A program made the translations under genes and the position numbers. A stretch of 64,000 bases of DNA from positions 14,880,001-14,944,000 of the forward strand of contig NC_043003.1 in the NCBI RefSeq assembly GCF_006345805.1, in the 5' to 3' direction. The notes under the pieces were generated by a model. It was not told where the DNA came from. It worked only from the letters and a program-made list of their open reading frames with translations, and ran no database searches. This document shows positions 52,865 through 64,000 of this stretch, piece after piece; position 1 is the first letter of the stretch; every line of letters begins with the position of its first letter. This DNA comes from Octopus sinensis. Taxonomy: Eukaryota.

Positions 52865-53053
52865 AAACACCATCCGATCGTGGCCGTTTGCCAGCCTCAT
52901 CTGGCACCTGTGTCGGTGGCACATAAAAACACCATCCGAGCGTGGCCATCTGCCAGCCTCGTCTGGCACCTGTGTCGGTGGCACATAAAAAACACCATCC
53001 GAGCGTGGCCGTTTGCCAGCCTCGTCTGGCACCTGTGTCGGTGGCACATAAAA
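52865..53053 (+). repeat. Three near-identical 62-63 bp tandem modules at the 5' side of a SINE
   Basis: AAACACCATCCGA..GTGGCC..TGCCAGCCTC(A/G)TCTGGCACCTGTGTCGGTGGCACATAA starts at 52865, 52927 and 52990. Confidence 0.9.
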
Positions 53054-53228
53054 TCACCCACTACACTCTCGGAGTGGTTGGCGTTAGGAAGGGCATCCAG
53101 CTGTAGAAACACTGCCAGATCTGACTGGACTGGTGCAGCTTTCGGGCTCCCCAGACCCCAGTTGAACCGTCCAACCCATGCTAGCACGGAAAGCGGACGT
53201 TAAATGAGGATGATGATGATGATGATGA

Positions 53229-53276
<48 letters not shown>

Positions 53277-53419
53277 TTTTATTCTTTTATTTGTTTCAGT
53301 CTTTGACTGTGGCCATGCTGGAGCACCACTTTTAGTCAAACAAATCAACCCCCAGGACCTATTCTTTGTAAGCCTAGTACATATTCTATCGGTCTCTTTT
53401 GCCAAACCGCTAAGTTACA

Positions 53420-53653
53420 GTTTTTATTGCTCTGAGGATTTACTTAACAATGTCTGTAACAACCACGTCAGGTGAAAGAAGTTTTACAAAACTAAAACTA
53501 ATTAAAACACGCCTATGGTCAACCATTTTACAAGAAACGCTAAATAATTTTCTGATGTTGTCTCTAGAAAATGACATTACAAAATCTATTGACTTTGAAA
53601 TGGTTTTGAAAGACTTCTCAGATAAAAAAAATGTCAGAAAAGTCTATTTTTAG
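53420..53653 (+). pseudogene. hAT transposase C-terminal dimerisation domain fragment
   Basis: FIALRIYLTMSVTTTSGERSFTKLKLIKTRLWSTILQETLNNFLMLSLENDITKSIDFEMVLKDFS. Confidence 0.85.
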
Positions 53654-55620
53654 AAGGCCTATTAACAAACAGTATGTCAGTAATTATCTTGACTTGTAAT
53701 TAAACATTAAAACTTTCATATGAGCTTTTTTTTTGTTAGTATATCATTCTTTTTATTCTTTTATTCTTTTATTTGTTTCAGTCATTTGGCCACAGCCATG
53801 CTGGAGCACCACCTTTAGTTGAACAAATCGACCCCAGGACTTATTCTTTGTAAGCCTAGTACTTATTCAATCAGTCTCTTTTGCTGAACTGCTAAGTTAC
53901 AGGGATATAAACACACCAACATCGGTTGTCAAGCAATGGTGGTGGTGGGCAAACACAGACACACACACAAATGTGTGTGAGTATGTGTGTGTGTGTGTAT
54001 ATATGACAGGCTTCTTTCAGTTTCTGTCCACTCACAAGGCTCTGGTTGGCCTGAGGCTATAGCAGAAGACATTTACCCAATGTGCCATGCAGTGGGACTG
54101 AACCTGGAACCATGTGTTTGGGAAGCAGAAGCCTCAAGTCCTCAATTCTTTGGGGTTGGGATTAGTGTACTAGATGAAGCACAAAACATCAACTTTCAGC
54201 TTTTGTAGAGTAGAGGGCCTCACTGAAAATTCTCTAATTAGGCCCCTGCACTTCTGAGCGCCTGCCCTGGTGGTGACTTGTGTGCCTTAAGGACTCCTGA
54301 CAGCCGTGCCAGTAGAATGCAAACTCATAGCAGGGTTAGCTCAAGGGAGAGCTGACCCTGCATGGATAGCTCAAAGGAGGCCTGTCTGATAAGAAGCACC
54401 CCTTTGCAGAAGTATAAATGAATTTGCATAGGGTCAACACCCCTATCTAGAAAAGCATAGTTATAGAAGCTTTGAAGATAATTTCTTTTGGGAGAGTATC
54501 ATTTATTATTCTCTCTCAAGAAAACCTTTTATCACTATAGTAACCATATTTATATCACTGCATGTAGGGTCCACAATTTATATTTTAACCAGCAATACAC
54601 TGTTAGTTAATACGATTAACTACCAAAATGTCCAGTCCTTGTGGCAGTGCAGTGGTTTTAAGCCAATTAGACAGGCTTATTCAAATTGGGCTCTGCACTA
54701 AGAGAGTACTCTGTGCCAAGAGAGGGCCTTGTGCCAAGAGAGAGCTCTATGCAGAGACAGGAGCCTGAGCACATGGTCGAGCGGAGGACACTATAATGAA
54801 TTAAACATTTCCTAATGTTTTTATTGCTCTGAGGATTTACTTAGTTCCAAACCAGCATGACTTCAGGGGATTATATGATGCAGTATCCTCAAAATATCTA
54901 GAGGTGGGATACTAAGGCTGAGCTGAAAAAAGTAAGGGCTTAACTGGAGAGAAGCAGAAAAGAGAGCTGAGGGCTAAGAACAGCAGAGAAAAGTCATTGA
55001 TGGTTTATGTCCAATATAAAACAAATGACTTGAGTAAACATAAGTGATATACAGTGCTTGATAATGTTTGTTTTGGTTTTTCAGATGTCAGTGACCACCA
55101 ACACATCACAGGAGATTGAGCAGACAGGTCAAAAACACATGCGATTCGCTAAATAAAGTAATGATTCCAGAAAGTTCTTCCAAGGCAAATTATGAAAAAA
55201 CAGAAAGGAGATTCAACTTTTATCACACAAGTGAACTATTAAGGATTATCAAGCACTCTACATCATGTGAAACCATTATCGAGTACTGTAGTGCCTGTCC
55301 AAGTATTGTTTGTCTTTCTCTGTACATTATTGATAAAAAGAACCATTGAAAAGAGAGAAGACAAGAAAGGGACAAACAAGATGCTAGGGGCAAGAAAATA
55401 AATAGAACAGAGATGAGAGATAGAGAAAATCCATTTGTCCATCTATTCGTCTTCTGTGCCCTCTATTCTTGGGAAGGTCATGTGGGGAGCATCCTCAAAC
55501 ACTTCTTCCATATTACATATTCCTGCTGCAGACCTAACTGAGACTATGCATGTTATTCAACTATTTTGCTCTTGGCCGACTTGTTGGTCTCCTGCAAGTT
55601 GCCTCAGCTTAGAGAATCTA

Positions 55621-56186
55621 TTGGGTTGTCCAGAAAGTTTGTGCCGATTTTTAAAGGAAAGAAAAAGGTCAATAAATACTTGCCATTACATTTTTAATCA
55701 ACCAAATATGAACCATTTTGTTGCACAATGCGTCTCCATCTTTCCTTTAACTTGAAAATACCCTCTTCCTAAAATTGAGGTGGGTTCATGGCAAAGAATT
55801 CATCAAGGTATCTTTTTACATCATCCAAGGAATTGAAATTTTTACCATTAAGACTATTCTGTAGAGACCTGAATAAGTGGAAATTCGAAGGAACAATATC
55901 TGGTGAATATGGAGGGTGGGATAACACATCCCAGCTGAGCTGCAGCAATTTTTGTCTGGTTCCCCAAGCATCAAGTGCTGAAAATGAACTTTCTTATCTT
56001 CCATTTTAAAGGGTTACAGAATTAACACAGGTTATAGGAACATAAACCTTCTTCCACGAAAAGATAGCTTAAACTGTTCTCTAAATGGAGGTGTAGTCAA
56101 ATCCTATTTTATGGACTCAGTTATGTTCTAAAATAAGTCAAAAGGTAAGCTACTATAAATCAGCACGAACTTTCCGGACAACCCAA
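55621..56186 (-). mobile_element. Internally deleted mariner with both TIRs and TA target duplication
   Basis: TA-TTGGGTTGTCCAGAAAGTTTGTGCCGATTT ... AAATCAGCACGAACTTTCCGGACAACCCAA-TA. The minus strand codes KLLQLSWDVLSHPPYSPDIVPSNFHLFRSLQNSL. Confidence 0.9.
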
Positions 56187-57081
56187 TATCTTGCAATTTT
56201 TTGGGGACATTCTAATCATATGTTCATAGTGCCAAAACTGTAATCTTTCAATGCAGAGAAGTAGTGGCTTGACCTGGAGAGACTCTCTGATCTCAGAGTT
56301 GCACATCCTGTCGAGTAACATTACCAGAGGTGTAACCAGGTTCTATCGTCAGGTGGGGAAGTGAGCACATAAAAAAGGACTCTGTAACAGTTATCAAAAT
56401 AATTTTTAACTCATTCCTCTTACATTACACAAAATATTTCATTGGTTATACCAAAAGAATGTTTTTATAATACTATTCCACATAAGCAAAAAACAGCCAT
56501 ACCAACAATCCAACATACCTCCATCATCAGCTGCCACATGGATATCATTATTGTTTCGACACACAGGCATGTGTTCTGTATTCATTAATTTCATGTTTCA
56601 GTAATGATGTCATTATGTATGAAACTTACAACTTCTGATACAGGTGTGATGGGGAAAAGGTGAAACTCCACAGGATCGTCCAGTGTTATGATATCAGAGT
56701 TTATTTTGATTCTTCAGATGTCAGTGGCCATCAACAGATCACAGGAGATTTAATAGACAGTTCAAAAACACAAGAGATTGGCTAAATAAAATAATGACTG
56801 TGGAAATTTCTTTCAAGGCTGTGTGATTAACAAAAATAAAAAGACATTTGACTTTTATCACACAATTTGACTAAAGAGTTAAAAAAGAAAGAATTGTTGA
56901 AAAATACAAGCTTTGAGAAATGTGCTTAGGGAAAGTGGCCATTCCTCTTGCTATTAGCTATGCCACTAAAATGATACTCCAGAGATCTCTCAGTGAGAAG
57001 AAAGTAAAAATGGAAAAGACAAAAATTTGGAAGCTGATGCTGAAGAATCCGAAAGTAAATAAAAACAATTGAAAAATGGAT

Positions 57082-57372
57082 GGATATACTATAATTCTAC
57101 TGTAAAATTTAAATAAGGTTAATGGTCTTTGGAATTGAACAAGAATTCCAATAACCCATTTGCATGAACGCATGATTGAAAGTCACATTATTGCAGGAGG
57201 TGAACCTTATGGAAAAACATGTGCCAAGGATTAAACTGAGACTTTCTGACACCACCACCACCATCACGAGCACCACCATCGCCACCTGCCATTCTTTCGT
57301 ATACAATTATAGTTTCCAGTTCAAATCACTTTTTTTGCAATGACAATCAATAAATCAGAATATCAATCATGG
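57082..57372 (+). pseudogene. Helitron PIF1-type helicase remnant
   Basis: GYTIILL*NLNKVNGLWN*TRI..IE..VPRIKL..LPF..FPVQ..AMTINKS matches the Helitron LLRNL..GLCNGTR and FPVRLAFAMTINKSQ motifs, with stops and frameshifts. Confidence 0.8.
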
Positions 57373-57541
57373 AATTAAAATATATCTGTTCTTTCTTTTA
57401 ACTGATTTTAATCTGTATACTAGAACAGAATTTAAGTTAATTTGTATATCCTTACACATGTATGTATAAAATTTATATATATTTTACATAAATTGACACA
57501 CACACACACACATATACTTATATATATATATTACACAAATT

Positions 57542-57581
<40 letters not shown>

Positions 57582-58235
57582 TGTACATATAAATTTATAT
57601 GTATTTTACATAAATTTATATATTACAAATAAATTTTTATATATACACATGTATATATAATTTATATATACCATTTATATATATTTTACATAAATTTGTA
57701 TATATACACATGTTTATATAAATTTAAATAAATACACATGTATATATAAATTTATATATATTTTACATAAACTTATATATATACACATGTATTCTTTTAT
57801 TCTTTTATTTGTTTCAGTCATTTGACTGCAGCCATGCTGGAGCACTGCCTTTGGTTAAGCAAATCAACCCCAGGACTTATTCTTTGTAAGCCTAGTACTT
57901 ATTCTATCGGTCTCTTTTGCCTAACCACTAAATTACAGGAAGGTGAACATCAAGTGATGTTGGGGGGGGGGGAGCAATCTCGAATATAACCAGCTGAAAT
58001 TGTAAAGATAATCTGGAACTTGACTAAGGAAAGAAAACTCTGAATGAACTGTCCTTGTTTTCTATGTATCGTCTATCTGGATGTTTTGTTGCTTCTTTTT
58101 TGTATCACTTAACTTGGATGTTTTGCGTTCTTGTCTCATTTTGTATTTTTTATATATAAAATATATAGCGGTGTATCTTGTTCACCATCACTAGGTCCAG
58201 TGTGTTATGCTCTAGCACCTAATCTGTTTGAATTA

Positions 58236-58278
<43 letters not shown>

Positions 58279-58479
58279 TATTATTATTATTATTTATTAT
58301 TATTATTATTATTATTTTGCTTCATTTTGGCAGAAACTACAAAAGATGATGAAACTTTCCATGTTTGAAATGACCAGGAATTATTATAGAACTCATGTGC
58401 TGTTATTTGCACAGATGGATTCCCCTCCATTGTGAGCTATACAAAAGAGCTTACAGCACTTGTAGCAATATTTAAAGTA

Positions 58480-58920
58480 AAATCTGGATATTATTACAAT
58501 GTATATAGTCTCCTACATAGCAAGGTCTGGATTGCTAAAAAAATGGAAGTTTAACTGAAAAAATTTAGATTCTGCTGTCAAAATCTTATTTGAAAGTATA
58601 TTAAAAACAGACCCTAAAAAAATCGCGTTAGTTTCAAAGAATTTGAATTGATATGGTTTTGCTGTTCAGTTTGCTTTTACAAACTAAAGCAAGATAGCTG
58701 TCAAGGATGGGATCGGGGAGAGGGTACCCTATTATGTGTTGTGTATGGATTTAAAAAGAGCTTCTAGAATTTTAATTCTATCTTTTTTTTTCTTTTTTTT
58801 TTCAAGAAATTCAAAGCTGCTTTTATGAATGTTTTCGAAATGAATTTGAGATTTCTTGCCTGGAATATTTAAATTGTCACATCTTCATCATCTTTCTCTT
58901 CTCCATCTGAGGAAGATTTG
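58480..58920 (-). pseudogene. Possible heavily decayed hAT transposase remnant
   Basis: Weak minus-strand resemblance to the ..SAERSFSKLK..RL motif. Many stops. Confidence 0.3.
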
Positions 58921-59539
58921 TCTCTCTTCTAATGTGAGATGCTTTTCTGTCCCTCAAAACTACACCCACTAGCCCCAGTTGAGGTCGACTCTTGTCCTAC
59001 AAGGTACTAAGTGACCTTACTGCTACTACTAGAGCTACAGAGAAAAAACGCCCATTACATTTTATAAAGCGGTTGGTATTAGAAAAGGCATCCGGTTGTA
59101 GAAGCCGTGCCAAAACAGACACCAGGTCTTGGTGCAGTCTTCTGTCTTGCCTGGTTCTTTTAAAATAACCATCCAACCCAGGTTAGCATGGAAAACAGAT
59201 GTTCAATGATGGTGATGGTAGTGGTGATGATAAAGGCAGTGAGCTGGCAGAACCATTAGCACGTCGGGCGAAATGCCGAGCAGTATTTCATCTGCCGTTA
59301 CGTTCTGAGTTCAATTTCCGCTGAGGTCGACTTTGCCTTTCATCCTTTCGGGGTCGATAAATTAACTACCAGTTACGCACTGGGGTTGATATAACCAACT
59401 TAATCCATTTGTCTGTCCTTGTTTGTACCCTCTGTGTTTAGCCCCTTGTAGGTAGTAAAGAAATAGGTAGTGGTGATGATAACGATGACGATGACAATGA
59501 TGATGATGATTTCAGATCCTTAACAGCTAAGCAAAAATG

Positions 59540-59930
59540 AAAGTATCTTCAAATTTACATAAAAGTTAACAGAATTTCAGGGAAAAAAATAGTAATTTGG
59601 AAATGGAAGAACTGGAGATGATGGCATTTTGAAGCGTTGCCTTTAGTAAGTACAACAAATTAAAGCAAATGATTCATATCATGGTTGAGTATTTGACAAT
59701 TTTGAAGGAGAAATTGAGCTTTTATTTTCCATCACCAAACATAAAACAATAGGAATGGTTTTTGAAATTCCTTTTATGGAAGTTCCAAATGATATTGGTT
59801 TGAAATTATTGGAACCAAAATTGTCTTCTATATCATATGATGATGGTCTTTGAAAATCAAATATGAAGAACTGTCTGTTAAAAGATTTTGGTTTCCATCA
59901 CAGAATATTGTTATTTATCAGTAGCTAAAA
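59540..59930 (+). pseudogene. hAT (Buster/Charlie-type) transposase remnant
   Basis: EYLTILKEKLSFYFPSPNIKQ*EW..PFMEVP..ISYDDGL..KYEELSVKRFW. Confidence 0.6.
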
Positions 59931-60537
59931 AAGCTGTTGTGTTTTGATTCAAATTTCAATGTTACAGTTGCAGGCATGACTGTGTAGGTAAGAAGCTTGC
60001 TTCCCATCATCATGGTTTTAGGTTCAATCCCATTGTATAGCATCTATAGTCTTCTACTACAGCATTGAGCTGACCAAAATCTCATAAATAAATTTCGTCC
60101 ATCTTTACATGCTGAGTTCAAATTCTGTTGAGGTCGATTTTGCCTTTTATCCTTTCAGGGCTGATAAATTAAGTACCAGTCAAGTACTGGGGTCAAGCTA
60201 ATCGAATGGCCCCCTCCCACCAAATTTCAAGCCTTGTGTATAGTAGAAAGGATTATTATTATTATTATTATTACTTTGTTAAGATGGCATGCTGGTAGAA
60301 TGGTTAACACACTGGACAAAATGCTTAGTGGCATTTCTTCCGTCTGTATGTTCTGAGTTCAAATTCCACTGAGGTCAACTTTGCCTTTCGTCTTTCATCC
60401 TTTCAGGGTCAGTGAATAAGTTAGATACTAGGGTCAATATAATTGACTAGCCCCCTTCCCCAACATTTCAGGCCTTGTACCTATAGTAGAAGGGATTATT
60501 ATTTTTATTATTATTATTATTATTATGATTATTATTA

Positions 60538-60982
60538 CTGAGTGAGAGAGCAGTGCATGCCATTAAAGTGACACTGGGGTAAAATATACGAAGCCCAATA
60601 TACCCATCATGACTACCCGTCTGATAAGGGTACACCAGGCACATGCATCACAATCATATGTGCGCGACATGGTGATCTCATATCAAGATAAACAGCACAT
60701 GACCTTGCAGGTGGGGCCTAGTTAGAATTTTCTTCTGGTCGAGTAACCCATCCCGCTCAAAAGGTCCCTGAATAAGGGCTGTTTAAGGATGTTGAACAAA
60801 ACACCCATGTTGCCAGAGGTGATTTATTCAAACCCCAAAGAATCCCTCTCAACACATGGCTATGATGCTCCCCCACTACTTCTGCTCATGATCAGAGATG
60901 CACATATTGTCAACCACTAAGGGACATGCTCAACTGGTTAAGGTCAAACAACTGACAAGCAAATCTGTGGTATTGAGCAGAA

Positions 60983-60985
<3 letters not shown>
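60538..60985. mobile_element. Unclassified ~450-bp non-coding element embedded in (TTA)n
   Basis: Complex sequence with sharp borders, flanked by long TTA tracts on both sides. Confidence 0.5.
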
Positions 60986-61017
<32 letters not shown>

Positions 61018-61045
61018 ATTATCAACATTATTGTTATTATTATTA

Positions 61046-61117
<72 letters not shown>

Positions 61118-61146
61118 ATTATTATTATTATATTATTATTATTCAA

Positions 61147-61226
<80 letters not shown>

Positions 61227-61228
61227 CA

Positions 61229-61271
<43 letters not shown>

Positions 61272-61768
61272 ACTGTTGTTGTTGATAGTGTTAGTGTTTG
61301 CTGTTATAAAATTCTTATAGGATTTTTTGTATTATTAACAAATTTTACTGGATGAAAAATATTCTTTTTTGAGTTATTCTATAAACAGATGATGTTGTAG
61401 AATCTACCTCTATACCTGAGGCAGACAGAAGGTCTGTTTTAAACACCACTTGAAATTTTTTCAGGAATTTAATTACAGTTGCAATAATTTTCAATATGGC
61501 TTCCTCTACTTGAGGAGCAGTAAGAGGTTGTAACAAAAACGTGAGTGGCGCTGAATAAGCTGTTTTCATGTAAACACTCACTTAATCTTCGAACATACAA
61601 AAACAAATTTTTAAAAATTATAAACGTATTTCAAAGAAAAGATAAACAAGAAAAATGACAATAAAACATTAAAAAAATAACAGAACAAAAAACGTCCTCA
61701 AGTACAGACAGTCACAGTTTAATATCCTAAAATGCAAAATTGCATGACAACAAAAAATAACATCATTA

Positions 61769-61812
<44 letters not shown>

Positions 61813-62375
61813 TGTACATGCACACTAGTAGTGAGATGAAAACATTATGTTAAAGATGACAAAATGAATGGGGAATTTTGAAGTGATAAGCAAGTAAAGC
61901 ATTTATAGCCTTCCTTATTTCTTATTTTGATAGAGTGGTCTCAAACAGAAGGCCCTTGATATGAATTATTTGGGTGAAAGAAAAAGTCTGCCTGGCAGAG
62001 CTGTGTGACAAAGGTAAGTGCATCAATACCTCAGATCTTTATTGAACAGTGAGAAAAAGAACCACAACTTATTACTGCTTTGCAAAAGATACAGGGATTC
62101 AACCCATGTCCTGAAAAGAGAAATTACTACGTATTCTAGCTGATATGTGGAATGAGATCTCCCACATTTATATTTTTCTGTCTCTCTCTCTCTTTTTTCT
62201 CCCTACCTCTTACTTCTACAAACATTTTAACCATGTAATTCACCTCTTCATATCATTAATCATTACTCTCTTTCTCTTCACCTCTCACTTCTACTAACCA
62301 TAAGACAGAGTAATGCATTGACTGGCATAACCTCAATACTCAAACTTTATCTGTCCCTCATTCTTAATATAATAG

Positions 62376-62420
<45 letters not shown>

Positions 62421-62700
62421 CCTCTGTATTTCTTTGATCTCACTACCAGAACATCACTCCTCTGTTAAACATTGTATTTCTAACTCTCTTTCTCTATATC
62501 TCTCCCTTCAACTAACTTCTAAAACATGTAATAACTATTACTTTATCCTACCACATGTCATTAACACTTCTCTATCACTCATTGCCTCTCTTTTCAACTA
62601 ACTATTTGACAGTGTAATGCATTTGGCTTTAGCGTATTAATATATAGATAATAATTTTATTATTATTTTTAATAATAACAATAATAATAATAATAATAAT

Positions 62701-62735
<35 letters not shown>

Positions 62736-62994
62736 TAATAATAATAATAATAATAATAATAATCTTTTCTACTATTGGCACAAGGCCCGAAATTTGGGGG
62801 AGGGGAAAGTTGATCACATCGACTCCAATACACAACTGGTACCTATTTTATCAACCCTAAAAGGATGAAAGGCAAAGTTGGCCTTGGCAAAACTTGAACT
62901 TAGATCATAAAGACAGACGAAATGCCACTAAGCATTTTGACCCACTATGGTGGCAATTCCACCAGCTTGCTGCCTTAATAATAATAATAATAAC

Positions 62995-63036
<42 letters not shown>

Positions 63037-63120
63037 TGATTTTATGTTTGTATTGGCTCATTCGCATTTTTCTTTTGTCCCTATTCTCCTACTTTTCACT
63101 GCAACCACATCAGCTAACAG

Positions 63121-63270
63121 GTACATTATTTACATTTGACAGATATTTGTCCTCATTTTGTTTGTTAACACAACATTTCGGCTGATATACTTTCCAGTCT
63201 TCTTCGGGTGTCCTGGGGAAATTTTGAACCTGGGTTCTAATTCCTAAGGTAGTTTTCGATGTTATTATTA

Positions 63271-63320
<50 letters not shown>

Positions 63321-63958
63321 TTGTCTTATTTTTTCACATACTTTCACTGCACAGCTGAGCACAGCTCTGTGTGCCTTCGTTATGTGATGTGGTTTGTTGT
63401 GATGCTCTTATTTTTACTGTATTGAAAGTGTTTTACGTAGGATGTGTGTGGTGCCCAATAGTGCAATTTTCTGTATGTTATATATACTTGTAAGTCCTGG
63501 TGTTTTTGTTATGTATTTGTCTGAATATTTTTTATCACACCTAATGTGCCTGCTATGATAGGAATTGTTTGTTTTCAGACTCCACATTTGAGTTACCTTT
63601 GTTTCCAGTTCTTTGTATTTTGAAAGTTTCTCTGTTTCTTTTAGAGAAACATTGTCCTCTGTTGGTATTGATACATCGATTAGAAAGCATGTTTTTTTTC
63701 CTTGATGATCTCTGACAACTATATCTGGCTTATTGGTCTTAATTTCTCTATCTGTGTGTATTGGCATATCCCATAGTATTGTTGCTTTCTCATTTTTTGT
63801 CACTTTTTCTGGTGTGTGCCTATACCATCTTTTTTCTGTTGTTATTCCATAGTGTTATTATTATTCATGTCACTGCCTGGAATCAAACTCAGAATCATGG
63901 GGTTAGTAGCCCACACTTTTAACCACTACGACATATGCCCATTGGCATATGGTGTAGT
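63121..63958 (-). mobile_element. Family 1 copy F, interrupted by an R4/Dong-like insertion; HHR core mutated
   Basis: Reverse tail 63121-63260 with HHR at 63167-63212 (GACAC-CCGAAGA-A-GACUG..CAGCC-GAAA-UG-UU-GUGUU), reverse head 63866-63940, and a forward head stub GGCATATGGTGTAGT at 63944-63958. Confidence 0.85.
63318..63854 (-). mobile_element. 5'-truncated RLE-type non-LTR retrotransposon (R4/Dong-like)
   Basis: HYGITTEKRWYRHTPEKVTKNEKATILWDMPIHTDREIKTNKPDIVVRD..CFLIDVSIP..EKLSKY is a PD-(D/E)xK restriction-like endonuclease domain. TTA repeats lie on both sides. Confidence 0.85.
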
Positions 63959-64000
63959 CTAGACATTCAGATATTCACTAAGTCTATTATGAGAACTGCC

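Noticed and set aside
52865-53053. CRISPR-like array
   Set aside because: Direct tandem units without unique spacers, inside a eukaryotic SINE, with no cas genes.

Overview
AT-rich, microsatellite-dense animal DNA, most likely intronic or intergenic sequence from an octopus/cephalopod genome. That assignment is inferred from the SINE families I recognise and was not verified by a search. I found no convincing host protein-coding exon, rRNA, true tRNA or CRISPR array, and most of the supplied ORFs are microsatellite artefacts. The window is a mosaic of tRNA-derived SINEs, LINE 3' fragments (CR1, RTE, an R4/Dong-like RLE element), decayed DNA transposons (mariner, Tc1, hAT, piggyBac-type MITEs, Helitron) and simple repeats. 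The most interesting signal is two unrelated families of short non-coding fold-back elements carrying minimal type I hammerhead-ribozyme (HHR) motifs, with an HHR on both strands in copies that keep both arms. Family 1 has five copies (32.6, 33.5, 40.1, 44.5 and 63.1 kb) plus one derived fragment at 41.3 kb. Its arm is a tRNA-like Pol III head, an (AAT)n linker and an HHR-bearing tail resembling a Penelope pLTR. Two arms are joined head-to-head, and three copies have 12-15 bp target-site duplications. Family 2 is a near-perfect 282-bp palindrome at 6.0-6.3 kb with an HHR-like fold in each arm. Ribozyme activity and novelty are untested.
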